From contig NIVC01002667.1 in assembly GCA_002269645.1 (NCBI GenBank), positions 27,795 to 91,794 on the forward strand: a stretch of DNA of 64,000 nucleotides. Direction: 5' to 3'. Below, piece after piece: positions 31,701 to 43,454 of the stretch. The position numbers and the translations under genes are program-made. The notes beneath the pieces were generated by a model, which saw nothing but the letters and a program-made list of their open reading frames with translations, was not told the origin of the DNA and did no database searches. Positions within the stretch are counted from its first letter, which is position 1; every line of letters starts with the position of its first letter. Source of the stretch: Macrostomum lignano. Lineage: Eukaryota.

Positions 31701-32750
31701 TACTCTGCCCTCTCTTACCCTCCCCACTCTTACTCTCCCCCCTCTTACCCTCCCCTCTTACCCTCCCCTCTTAACCTCCCCTCTCTTACCCTCCCCTCTT
31801 ACCCTCCCCTCTTAACCTCCCCTCTCTTACCCTCCCCTCTTACCCTCCCCTCTTAACCTCCCCTCTCTTACCCTCCCCTCTTACCCTCCCCTCTTACCCT
31901 CCCCTCTCTTACCCTCCCCTCTCTTACTCTCCCCTCTCTTACTCTCCCCTCTCTTACCCTCCCCTCTCTTACTCTCCCCTCTCTTACCCTCCCCTCTCTT
32001 ACTCTCCCCTCTCTTACCCTCCCCTCTCTTATTCTCCCCTCTCTTACTCTCCCCTCTCTTACCCTCCCCTCTCTTACTCTCCCCTCTCTTACCCTCCCCT
32101 CTCTTACCCTCCCCTCTCTTACTCTCCCCTCTCTTACCCTCCCCTCTTACCCTCCCCTCTTACCCTCCCCTCTTAACCTCCCCTCTCTTACCCTCCCCTC
32201 TCTTACCCTCCCCTCTCTTACTCTCCCCTCTCTTACTCTCCCCTCTCTTACCCTCCCCTCTCTTACTCTCCCCTCTCTTACTCTCCCCTCTCTTACCCTC
32301 CCCTCTCTTACCCTCCCCTCTCTTACTCTCCCCTCTCTTACTCTCCCCTCTCTTACTCTCCCCTCTCTTACCCTCCCCTCTCTTACTCTCCCCTCTCTTA
32401 CCCCCCCTCTTACCCTCCCCTCTTACCCTCCCCTCTTACCCTCCCCTCTTAACCTCCCCTCTCTTACTCTCCCCTCTCTTACCCTCCCCTCTCTTACTCT
32501 CCCCTCTCTTACTCTCCCCTCTCTTACTCTCCCCTCTTTTACTCTCCCCTCTCTTACCCTCCCCTCTCTTACCCTCCCCCCTCGGTCACACTCAGTGGTC
32601 ACTGGACTTTCTATTCTTATAAAAGTGCACACTCTCTGCCTTGGGGGGGGGTTGACTCTCCTTAATGACTTACTTTTCACCTGCAGAGCGGGCCACAGCA
32701 GCCGCAGCAAGCAGTTGCAGAAAAATTACCGCAGCCTGGGCGAGTCCCAT
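25737..32750 (-). CDS. Divergent Cys-loop (pentameric ligand-gated) ion channel subunit, most like the GABA/Gly/GluCl branch; exons 32750-32674, 31506-31356, 30535-30155, 26165-25737; 345 aa
   Basis: Signal peptide [23 protein letters not shown]. Spliced Cys-loop CRLN|[11 protein letters not shown] is C-x13-C with FPxD. Pre-M1/M1 [26 protein letters not shown]; M3 [16 protein letters not shown]; M4 VVFFVAF...YWTVYL. Phases 2, 0, 0 are consistent with donors GTAAGT, GTGAGG, GTGAGT. The exon 1 assignment is the least certain part. Confidence 0.85.
26215..27810. repeat. Minisatellite, 15-bp unit GGTTACCTCAGGACA
   Basis: About 106 copies, left half essentially invariant; gives the YLRTG/VTSGQ ORFs. 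Confidence 0.99.
28290..28910. repeat. Minisatellite, 23-bp unit TAGTTGGATAATCTCACCCAATA
   Basis: About 26 copies in a Cys-loop gene intron. Confidence 0.96.
29440..30125. repeat. Minisatellite, 23-bp unit GTCAGACACTCAGGTGAGTCTGG grading into GTGAGACACTCAGGTGAGAATCA
   Basis: About 30 copies with a left-to-right variant gradient. Confidence 0.96.
30615..31320. repeat. Polypyrimidine (TCTCCCTC)n / (CT)n tract
   Basis: 8-bp period core; fills the intron that splits the Cys-loop. Confidence 0.95.
31690..32580. repeat. Minisatellite, 15/13-bp unit CTCTCTTA(C/T)(C/T)CTCCC
   Basis: About 60 copies in Cys-loop intron 1. Confidence 0.96.
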
Positions 32751-33524
32751 TGCATGCAGTGGCTGAGCGAGTGGCAGAAGCTGGCAGTTATCAATGCTAG
32801 TAATATATACATGTAAAGTGCAGACACTTGAATGAGCCTGACGAATTGCCTAAATAAGGCATGGCCAGAGGAGGGGCATAAGCAGCAGGGACTCTGCCCC
32901 ATCCTCAGCCTCCTATACTCAAGCTGTTGAGCTCCTATTGGATCTCCTAGAGGTGGATCAGGGGATTCTGGGGCTGACTACTCAGCCCCCCGATTGGTCC
33001 GGACAAAACAGCCAGTGGGTATTCGGTCATATTTTTAAACTGCAGGACAGAATGGGAATCCAAAACCCATCTGCTCAGAGAGAGATTACCGGACAGCAGG
33101 GGAGGATTAGCGGCCGCCGCTGCAGATGCGATGCGAAATTCGATATCACTAAATTGCCAGGTGTAGTGACAAAGGCTTTGTGAAGACTGGGGTGGTTCAA
33201 TTATTAAAGCTACGAGGTATAACAGAAACATGAAATCTGAGTAAACACTGAGTTTATTTGACTCTTTGCTCAAAGAATGTTCCGGAATTGTCCTGATGTA
33301 GGATTTCTGTGAAGAGCGCATTGGCTGCGGGCTCTTGGCGGCAGGTCTATTTTTAAACAGGCGATACAACAAGAACAGAACAGCTTTAAGCAATTCAGCA
33401 GCAGAATTATTTATGAACAATTTTAAACGTGCTTAAACATACATCAGGGTCAATCGTTTGTGCGGCTTGACGGCAAAATTTGAAATTTCACAACAGGATA
33501 TTCTAGTCTCTCAAACTGAATTAT

Positions 33525-35510
33525 CCCCAGATTCCCAAACCGGACATCCCCAGATTCCCAAACCGGACATCCCCAGATTCCCAAACCGGACATACCAGAA
33601 TACCAAACCGGACATACCAGAATTCGAAACCGGACATCCCCAGATTCCCAAACCGGACATCCCCAGATTCCCAAACCGGATATCCCCAGATTCCCAAACC
33701 GGACATCCCCAGGTTCCCAAACCGGACATCCCCAGATTCCCAAACCGGATATCCCCAGATTCCCAAACCGGACATCCCCAGATTCCCAAACCGGACATCC
33801 CCAGATTCCCAAACCGGACATCCCAGATTTCCAAACCGGATATCCCCAGATTCCCAAACCGGACATCCCCAGGTTCCCAAACCGGACATCCCCAGATTCC
33901 CAAACCGGACATACCAGAATACCAAACCGGACATACCAGAATTCGAAACCGGACATCCCCAGATTCCCAAACCGGACATCCCCAGATTCCCAAACCGGAT
34001 ATCCCCAGATTCCCAAACCGGACATCCCCAGGTTCCCAAACCGGACATCCCCAGATTCCCAAACCGGATATCCCCAGATTCCCAAACCGGACATCCCCAG
34101 ATTCCCAAACCGGACATCCCCAGATTCCCAAACCGGACATCCCAGATTTCCAAACCGGATATCCCAGATTCCCAAACCGGATATCCCCAGATTCCCAAAC
34201 CGGACATCCCCAGGTTCCCAAACCGGACATCCCCAGATTCCCAAACCGGACATCCCCAGATTCCCAAACCGGATATCCCCAGATTCCCAAACCGGACATC
34301 CCCAGATTCCCAAACCGGACATCCCCAGGTTCCCAAACCGGACATCCCAGATTCCCAAACCGGACATCCCCAGATTTCCAAACCGGACATCCCCAGATTC
34401 CCAAACCGGACATCCCCAGATTCCCAAACCGGATATCCCCAGATTCCCAAACCGGACATCCCAGATTCCCAAACCGGACATCCCCAGATTCCCAAACCGG
34501 ACATCCCAGATTCCCAAACCGGACATCCCCAGATTCCCAAACCGGATATCCCCAGATTCCCAAACCGGACATCCCAGATTCCCAAACCGGATATCCCCAG
34601 ATTCCCAAACCGGACATCCCCAGATTCCCAAACCGGATATCCCCAGATTCCCAAACCGGACATCCCCAGATTCCCAAACCGGACATCCCCAGATTCCCAA
34701 ACCGGACATCCCCAGGTTCCCAAACCGGACATCCCCAGATTCCCAAACCGGACATCCCCAGATTTCCAAACCGGACATCCCCAGATTCCCATACCGGATA
34801 TCCCAGATTCCCAAACCGGACATCCCCAGATTCCCAAACCGGACATCCCCAGGTTCCCAAACCGGACATCCCAGATTCCCAAACCGGGCATCCCCAGATT
34901 CCCAAACCGGACATCCCAGATTCCCAAACCGGACATCCCCAGATTCCCAAACCGGATATCCCCAGATTCCCAAACCGGACATCCCAGATTCCCAAACCGG
35001 ATATCCCCAGATTCCCAAACCGGACATCCCAGATTCCCAAACCGGATATCCTCAGATTCCCAAACCGGACATCCCCAGATTCCCAAACCGGACATCCCCA
35101 GATTCCCAAACCGGACATCCCCAGGTTCCCAAACCGGACATCCCCAGATTCCCAAACCGGACATCCCCAGATTTCCAAACCGGACATCCCCAGATTCCCA
35201 TACCGGATATCCCAGATTCCCAAACCGGACATCCCCAGATTCCCAAACCGGACATCCCCAGGTTCCCAAACCGGACATCCCAGATTCCCAAACCGGGCAT
35301 CCCCAGATTCCCATACCAGATATCCCAGATTTCCAAACCGGACATCCCCAGATTCCCATACCGGATATCCAAGATTCCCAAACGGGACATCCCCAGATTC
35401 CCAAACCGGACATCCCCAGATTCCCAAAAAGGATATCCCCAGATTCACAAACTGGACATCCCAGATTCCCAAAAAGGATATCCCCAGATTCACAAACTGG
35501 ACATCCCAGA
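33525..35510. repeat. Minisatellite, 23/22-bp unit CCCCAGATTCCCAAACCGGACAT
   Basis: About 85 copies, ending about 40 bp from the LAMP stop codon; source of the 525-768 aa ORFs. Confidence 0.97.
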
Positions 35511-35551
35511 TGCCTAGAAACCCGGTGCAGTCCAATTTCTGGCTTCCGGCT

Positions 35552-37878
35552 TCACTCCATATTCGAATAGCGAGTCGCCTTGCCGAGCCGGGTGACCAGG
35601 TAGCCGGCCACGATGATCACCATGCTGACCCCGATGACCCCGGCGATGGCCAGGGCGACGATGCCAGTGCGGTGCCGCCTGGAGTCCGCCTCGCACAGAA
35701 AGGCTGCGAGCGGGGAGCGGGCGTCTGTATGAGATCTTGTGAGATCTATGTGAGATCTATGTAGGATCTATATGAGATCTATGTAAGATCTATGTGACAT
35801 TTATGTGAGATCTATGTCAGATCTATATGAGATCTATATGAGATCTCTGTAGGATCTATATTAGATCTATGTAAGATCTATGTGAAATCTATGTGAGATC
35901 TATGTGAGATCTATCTGAGATCTATATGGGATCTCTGTGAGATCTATGTATGATCTCTGTGAGATCTATGTGAGATATATAAGAGATCTATATGAGATCT
36001 CTATGAGTATATGTGTGATCTATTTGATATATATGTGAGATCTTGTGAGATCTATGGGAGATCTAAATGAGATCTATGTAAGATCTATGTGAGATCTATG
36101 TGAGATCTAAATGAGATCTATGTAAGATCTAAATGAGATCTATGTGAGATCTATATGATAAAATTGCGATCTATATAACTCTCATAGTCAATCTACAGGT
36201 ACATTGAACTTCTATCAACTTCATATGAAATTAATTGAAATATTTGTACAGTACATTTTAGATTCGAAAATGCACTCTTGATTAAAAAGGTAGCGTTGTA
36301 TAAAATTTACACGCACTCCAGCCTACTACTGAGTAGAAATGCATCATCACTATAATCTGCTAAAACAACTCACCTCCATCGTGCGCCTTCTCCCGCCCGT
36401 CCGACTCGCTGAGCGCCGTCTCCAAGCGGACAGCTGGGAAATGGACCAGGGCGCCTTCGCCTGGCGCGCTTTTCAGATCGGCGCCGAGTCGGCGCCAGCG
36501 CAGCCGGATCTCCTCGGGAGAATTGCAGACGAAAGCGTTGCGAACTGGCGCAGCGAATAGCAGCAGAGTTCGCTCGGCCCTGGGCAGCCAGTACTCAACA
36601 ATGGGCGACTCGCCTGCGGTTGCAGTTGGGATTGAGCACGTTTGGAGTGCTGGGATGCCAGTTGGCTCAATGGGGAGTTGCTGAGATGCCAGTTGGCTCA
36701 ATGGGGAGCTGCTGAGATGCCAGTTGGCTCAATGGGGAGTTGCTGAGATGCCAGTTGGCTCAATGGGGAGTTGCTGAGATGCCAGGTGGCTCAATGGGGA
36801 GTTGCTGAGATGCCAGTTGGCTCAATGGGGAATTGCTGAGATGCCAGTTGGCTCAATGGGGAGTTGCTGAGATGCCAGTTGGCTCAATGGGGAGTTGCTG
36901 AGATGCCAGTCGGCTCAATGGGGAGTTGCTGAGATGCCAGTTGGCTCAATGGGGAGCTGCTGAGATGCCAGTTGGCTCAATGGGGAGCTGCTGAGATACC
37001 AGTTGGCTCAATGGGGAGCTGCTGAGATGCCAATTGGCTCAATGGGGAGTTGCTGAGATGCCCTGGCTAAAGGGAGGCCGTAGCCCAGTGGTCCAGCGCG
37101 GCGCTCTGATGTGCCAGCGGCCCAGGCTCGATTCCAAGTGCAGTCACATTAATGTGGGTCTAAATTGGAATTTCGGCTTGGCTCTGCTCGTGCAATTAAC
37201 GGCCTTGAGAGCCAACCCCCCAAGGCGCAGTGAAGTGTACATGCCTAACGATAAATAAAGTTAGGGCCGCTGTACACTCCTGTGTGAGTGTGTGCCTGTG
37301 CGTATGACTGCGTACGTATCCGCGCGCTTGTGAGCCTGCTCTGGGGAGTCGGCGGAATGGGCAGTAATGCCTCTCGCCGGTTGTGCGACAATGTCGCTTA
37401 AAGTGCACCAGGGTGCACACAGCCGTTGTCTCTGATAAAAATAAATGCCATGTCTCGGATCCTGTTAATTTGATTCGCAAAACAGAAGTCCATGAGAAAA
37501 GAAGATTAATTAAAAAAAACTAAACTTTCATTGCAGCGAGTATACAGCAAGTCCCAGTCGCATAAACCCGACCCACCTTTCACAATGCTGGCATTGGCGA
37601 ACACGGGGTCCCTCAGATCGGCGAGCAGGCGGAGGTCGCTAACGAAGCTGTAGGTGACTGTGGCCTGCGAATTTGCGGAGTGATGGTCAATTCTACCGGC
37701 CGTGCAATGCTGCGTGCTACTATAAGTAGGAGAGAAATCATCAAAAATATTTTTGTCTTGTAACTTCTTACCGGCGAGACTTGGGTCCATACGTTGTCGA
37801 ATACCTGAGGAATTTCAATTGTTAGATTGATTTTGGTTGATTTTGGTCTGCCTGTCTGTCTGTCTGTCTGTCTGTCTC

Positions 37879-37952
<74 letters not shown>

Positions 37953-38649
37953 CCCAGCCCTCACCCGCTCCCGAAAGCGCATCTCGAGCCGCAGGCGGCC
38001 GTCGGCCCAGGCCACCTCCAGCCTGGCAGTCCGATTGCCGCAGTCGCCCTCAACTCGACTGCCGTTAGACGCCGAGGGCAGCGAGACCACCGCTGTGCAG
38101 ACGCCCTCTGGCTTGTCGTCTTCCGCCCGGCGGCAGGGGTAGGGCAGCGAGAAGGCCGCCCCGGAGAGGTCGGCGACCACGCAGGGCCGCTCGGAGCTGC
38201 TGGAGTTGCCGGACGGGAAAACCCGGAACTCGCTGGCGCCGGCTCGGGTTACCAGGCCGGCTGCAGGGGCGAGGATGGCGCTGCGTAAGAGAGGCTTTCA
38301 GGCACTGAGACAGACACTGAGACAGGCGCTGAGACAGACACTGAGACAGACGCTGAGACAGATACTCAGACAGGCACTGAGACAGATACTCAGACAGGCA
38401 CTGAGACAGACACTGAGACAGACACTGAGACAGATACTCAGACAGGCACTGAGACAGACACTGGAAGACACTAAGACAGACACTGAGACAGACACTGAGA
38501 CAGACACTGAGACAGACACTGAGACAGACACTGGGACAGAAACGCACAAAGACAAAGACAATCAGGCGGGCAGACCATATCATTTGCTCACAGCTCAAGA
38601 CACTCAGGGCGATGCCAGTCGCCAACACTGAGACGCTGGTGAACTTCAT
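35552..38649 (-). CDS. LAMP-family lysosome-associated membrane glycoprotein, single LAMP domain; exons 38649-38592, 38260-37965, 37804-37772, 37664-37577, 36613-36374, 35703-35552; 288 aa
   Basis: Signal peptide MKFTSVSVLATGIALSVLS. PCVVADLSGAAFSLPY resembles LAMP1 ACIMANFSAAFSVNY. Also GDCGN, VFANAS, FAAPVRNAFVCNSPEEI, FLCEAD, a TM segment IVALAIAGVIGVSMVIIVAGYLV and a tail ending YSNME. Phases 1, 0, 0, 1, 1 are consistent. Confidence 0.85.
35728..36155. repeat. Degenerate 11-bp minisatellite GAGATCTATGT
   Basis: About 38 copies in the last LAMP intron. Confidence 0.93.
36645..37062. repeat. Minisatellite, 31-bp unit GCTGAGATGCCAGTTGGCTCAATGGGGAGTT
   Basis: About 13 copies in a LAMP intron, abutting SINE copy 2. 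Confidence 0.96.
37072..37446 (+). mobile_element. tRNA-derived SINE, copy 2 (intact head), antisense within a LAMP intron
   Basis: A box TAGCCCAGTGG and B-box-like GGCTCGATTCC at tRNA-like spacing; body shared with 24571; tail ATAAAAATAAA. Confidence 0.88.
37845..37951. repeat. (CTGT)n microsatellite
   Basis: Fills a short LAMP intron. Confidence 0.97.
38300..38535. repeat. 12-bp minisatellite CACTGAGACAGA
   Basis: About 19 copies in LAMP intron 1. Confidence 0.94.
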
Positions 38650-39284
38650 CGGAGCGCGATGGATGAGTAGAAACTGCGCGTCAGTCAGTGAGTTGCCAAT
38701 ACGAGCCAAGTCATGCGGCAGCTGCAGGCGACAAGCTAAATTTCTATCAGAGTCTTGGCCTTTTCCTATGCTGCCTGAGCATGGGGGGAGACTGGGGAGG
38801 CTGGAGTGGATGTCGTGGGGACAGAGAGAAGAGTGGACGAGAAGCTGGTTTTTATCGATCGATTTTTTGGCCGCGTGAGAGGAGGCGGGCGAGAATTTCG
38901 GGTTTGGAGGGGCGGCAGAACGGGAAGTGGGAAGGAGGCGAGAGGAGGTTCTGGTTGCTGGGGGGTCGCACAGGAAGAGCGGGAAATCAGCTCCAGTTTC
39001 TCCCTCCGGGCCCGTATGAACGATTCTCCTTATTGCAGCCAATCAACTACAAAACTCACTTCTTCCTTCCTGTCTTCCCTAACCCCCCTGCTCCTCTTCT
39101 GTCCCTCTCCCTGCCTGTCCCCGACTGTCAGAGCCGTGCACAAATTTCTTATCCTACAGACGGAGAACCAAGCTGTAACTGCACTCTGAGTAACTACTTG
39201 AGTGATTTAAACTATTTCGGGATTTTACAATGAAGAGCGTCGCTATTGGACTTGAGCTGAGAGAGATGGGTGGCACTGTTTAGA

Positions 39285-39902
39285 GTGAGGGTACTGTTTA
39301 GTGAGGTCACTGTTTAGTGAGGTCACTGTTTAGTGAGGTCACTGTTTAGTGAGGTCACTGTTTAGTGAGGTCACTGTTTAGTGAAGTCACTGTTTAGTCA
39401 AGGTCACTGTTTAGTGAGGTCACTGTTTAGTGAGGTCACTGTTTAGTGAGGTCACTGTTTAGTGAGGTCACTGTTTAGTGAAGTCACTGTTTAGTCAAGG
39501 TCACTGTTTAGTGAGGTCACTGTTTAGTGAGGTCACTGTTTAGTGAGGTCACTGTTTAGTGAGGTCACTGTTTAGTGAAGTCACTGTTTAGTGAGGTCAC
39601 TGTTTAGTGAGGTCACTATTTAGTGAGGTCACTGTTTAGTGAAGTCACTGTTTAGTCAAGGTCACTGTTTAGTGAGGTCACTGTTTAGTGAGGTCACTGT
39701 TTAGTGAGGTCACTGTTTACTGGGGTCACTGTTTAGAGTGAGGTCACTGTTTAGGGAGGTCACTGTTTAAAGGGAGGTAACTGTTTTGAGTGAGGTCACT
39801 GTTTAGTGAGGTCACTGTTTAGTGAGGTCACTGTTTAGGGAGGTCACTGTTTAGTGAGGTCACTGTTTAGTGAGGTCACTGTTTAGGGAGGTCACTGTTT
39901 AG
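39285..39902. repeat. 16-bp minisatellite GTTTAGTGAGGTCACT
   Basis: About 37 copies between the divergently transcribed LAMP and GPCR genes. Confidence 0.97.
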
Positions 39903-40746
39903 TTTACTGTTGTGCACTGTGTTAGATGCCTTGTTCGTTCACTGATCATTCTAATCAAAGTCGCTAAGGGCGGTAAACTAAAGTAATATTTCATTTTCAC
40001 TTAAAACTTAAAAAATTGCCTTAAAAATAACTTAAGAAGTTAGTGCCTTATAGTTAAGAAGGTCAAGAGTTCATTCAAGAAGCAAGTAATTCTTTTAAAT
40101 ATCAGATTGAACAATCAAAGCAGAGTGAATTTACAACGTGGTGGCACATTTATTTTGGTTTTGCATCGAGAGCATGTTTACAGATTACATCGCAGTCAAG
40201 GTTTTGATATCCACTCACAAGAGTTCTTCCAACGTGCCAACGGACCTTAGTAATAAGGGACCATTTTAAAACAAACAAAGTAATTAAGAGCGCCTATACC
40301 TCGCGAATGCATAGCAATGTACACTGACAGGGAATGTACATCTCCAGTCCTCATATGGCTAGTGATATGTACAGCTTGTGTGTACGCTGGCTGGGGGGTA
40401 CGAGTAGTCAAACCAACCCCCCAACCCTTCCAGTTCCTGTTCAGCCAATGAGAGCTCGCGAATCAGAATGCACGTAGAGAGCCTCCTCGAACAGAGTCGT
40501 AAAATTTTATTTACTTCATTTGTTTCACTGCCGTGGACCGGTTGTGGGTGCCAGTCTATAATTAGCCGCGACAACGTGCCCAGGGCTGCCTACCCTCCCG
40601 CCTAACCCTGTGAATCTGCTTTCCGCTCCGCAAGACTTTCATCGACTCTCTCTAATCAGTCAGCTGATAAGAAAGAAGAATTGACTTTAAATACAAGCTG
40701 AACTCGACTCAACTATACAGCCTATAGTTAGAGCAGAGTTTTGATT

Positions 40747-43454
40747 ATGGCAAAGCAAATTTTAACCAAACAGATTTTGCTTGTAGTCTTACTAAGCTTG
40801 CTGATACCCAGCAGCTGGGAAGCCCTGACACTACCTTGGGAGACTACAGCTCAAACCCTTGATCCCACACTGACTCGGCCTGCTGCTGCTGCTGACTCAA
40901 ATAGGCTCCTGCTCAGAGACATCAGCGGCAGCCTCGAGGTGCCGACCAGGTGCTATTCTGACTCCAGCCAGTGCCAGGTCTACGGCGACTGCTGCCAGTC
41001 TGCGGCAGAAATCCCGGATCCCGTCTCGCACAGATCCGCCCGATTCACCTGCCTGCCAATTGAGCCGCTCAGGCCTGACGGGGAGGCGTCTGATGCGGCC
41101 CGCGCCACCGACTGCTGCCAGCTGCAGAGGCCAGCGGCTCTGGCCGTGTCTGCCTGCCCAGCCGCCTCCAGCGGCTCCATCAACGATGCTGTCGCTGCGG
41201 CTGCAGCTGCCGCCGCCGATCCCAGAGATGTCGAAGCGTGCGGCAACTTCAACACCGATGAAGGCTTCCGCCGGTTGACTCTGTCATCGATCCCCGTGTT
41301 CGGTCCCGACGGCGTGCTGTACCGCAGCGTCCACTGTCTCCGCTGCCACCGGCCACCGCTGTCAGAACCCATCAGTCAGGACAGGTTCCTGACTAACCTG
41401 ACAGTCCGCTGCCAGAATCCAGAGGATTACGTCGGCAGAAATGCCAGCGCCTGGCAGGGCGAGCTGATGCGGCTGCTGCTGAGCGGGGGCAGCCTACCCA
41501 GGCGCTGCCACCTGGCGTTCCGGGTTCAGGAGCGGCTGGTGCACCGCTGCTACGCGGGGCTGCCGCAACTGCACACAGCCGGCGGTGAGAAGTCGCCCAG
41601 CGGGGACTGCCTCACCGGCGGCACCAGCTATGCGTTCTCGGCGGCGCAGTGTCGGGTCTACCGCAATTCCGCCTGCGCCAAGGATCCGGCCGACGGCGAG
41701 CCGCAACTCCAGCCTGACTGGCTGCGCTCCCAGTGCGCCGGCGGCAGCTCCGGAATCCTCACTCAGTCCAATCGCGAGTCGTTCAGCGTCCGGCCGAGGC
41801 CCAGCCTGTTGGACTCCGTGTTCAACTTCAATTTGGATCCGAGACTGCTGGCCGGTCAGCTGGCTGCAATGTCCACCGAGTCGCCGGCTGCTGACGGTCA
41901 GCTGCGAGATAGCAAGAACGAGTCCAGTTCTGGCGACAGCCCCGGCAACGTCACGGAGGAGGCTGCGTCGGGGCGAGGAGGACCTGCGTCGGCTGCTGGC
42001 TTGGCTGATTGGACCGACTGGGCTACAATGGCGGCTCAGGCAGCCTCGGCCGTTGCGGTTGGTGTCACTGTGGGAACCTCATGCCCTTGAACTTCTTAGA
42101 TCCCAAGCCTTTCTGCAAATGCGAGTATCCGTGCTCTGACCCGTACCCAATCCTGTAAACTTCTGAGAAAGCAGTCTGTAAACTTCTGAGAAATCAGTCT
42201 GTAAACTCCTGAGAAATCAGTCTGTAAACTCCTGAGAAATCAGTCTGTAAACTCCTGAGAAATCAGTCTGTAAACTCCTGAGAAATCAGTCTGTAAACTC
42301 CTGAGAAATCAGTCTGTAAACTCCTGAGAAATCAGTCTGTAAACTCCTGAGAAATCAGTCTGTAAACTCCTGAGAAATCAGTCTGTAAACTCCTGAGAAA
42401 TCAGTCTGTAAACTCCTGAGAAATCAGTCTGTAACTTCTCAGATCTGAAGTGCAGTGCATGTCCTGCGAACCCTACCCAATATCCTACCCAACGCAGGCC
42501 CTCAGCCTCACCTGCCTTTACCTGAGCCGCCGCCGTCTGCGCAATCGCTCCGGCCTCCTCCTAGTGTCGCACGCGCTCAGCCTGGCCGCGGTGAACATTC
42601 TCTCCCTCGTCGAGGCCGCCATCGCCGCGGCCTCCTCCGGCGATGTCAGCGGCTCGCCCTGGACCTGCCTGCTGGCCCTGTTCTGCATGGACGCCGGGTT
42701 CACCTGGGCTGGCCTGTTCGGCGTTGACCTGCTGCGCACCCTCACCAACCTGCTGGCCAGGCCGTCAGCGCCATCCAGGCGCTACGCCCGGTTCGCCGCC
42801 GTCGGCTGGGGCCTCCCGGCTGTCCCCGCCGCCGTGGCCGCCGGCCTGCACTTTGGCGACAGTCCCGCCCTGTTTGACGCCAAGTCCTGCGGCCTGCCGG
42901 AGACCTCGGCAACGACGGCTGTGGCGGCGGCCTGCCGGGTTGGCCTGGCCTTCGCGCCCTGGGCCCTGGCGCTGGCCTTCAATGTCGCCTGCCTGATCGG
43001 CGTGGCCGCCTGCCTCGGACGGGCCGCCAGCCAGGCCCCGGCGTTCGAGCACCGATCGACCGGCGGTGGCCGATGGTCAAAGCGCCTGAACGGCCGGGCG
43101 CGCCGGACGCTCCGCAGGACGATGCTGACTGCCGGCCGGGTCTCTGCAGTGCTCGGCGTGGCCTGGCTGCCCTACTGCTGCCTCATCCTGGCCGGATTCG
43201 ACGACCCGGCATCCGGGGTGTACATCGCTGCCAGGCTGCTCACCGACCTGCACGGCTGCCTGCTGCTGGCGGCCTTCGCCCGGCTCAGGCACTGCCGCCG
43301 GCTGGCTGCTCAGCTTAGCGGCTGCAAGTGGCGGCACAGCGCCGCAGGCTCCTCCCTGGGCTCGTCATCCAAGTCCTCCTCCGCCGCGGCCTCCAAAGGT
43401 CGAAGCACTTCCTCGACTGCGGCCGGCGTGTCGGGTGGCGCGTCATCTCGGTGA
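40747..43454 (+). CDS. Family-B-like (Methuselah/adhesion-related) 7TM GPCR with Cys-rich ectodomain; exons 40747-42057 and 42498-43454; about 755 aa
   Basis: Signal peptide; SMB-like CYSDSSQCQVYGDCC; LYRSVHCLRCH and YRNSACA motifs. 7TM hallmarks RRLRN, FTW..GVDLLRTL, GWGLP, LAFNV, LGVAW, DLHG. The phase-0 intron GCG|GTTGGT...CGCAG|GCC restores TM1; donor choice is only moderately certain. Confidence 0.85.
42155..42435. repeat. 23-bp minisatellite TCTGTAAACTCCTGAGAAATCAG
   Basis: About 12 copies in the single GPCR intron. Confidence 0.96.

Noticed and set aside
32947-33420. 157-aa minus-strand ORF upstream of the channel gene
   Set aside because: No recognisable domain, no splice support, and composition unlike the GC-rich exons of neighbouring genes.
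33450-35764. 525-768 aa Pro/Gly-rich ORFs on both strands
   Set aside because: Produced by the 22/23-bp array; multiple frames are open and there is no unique sequence content.
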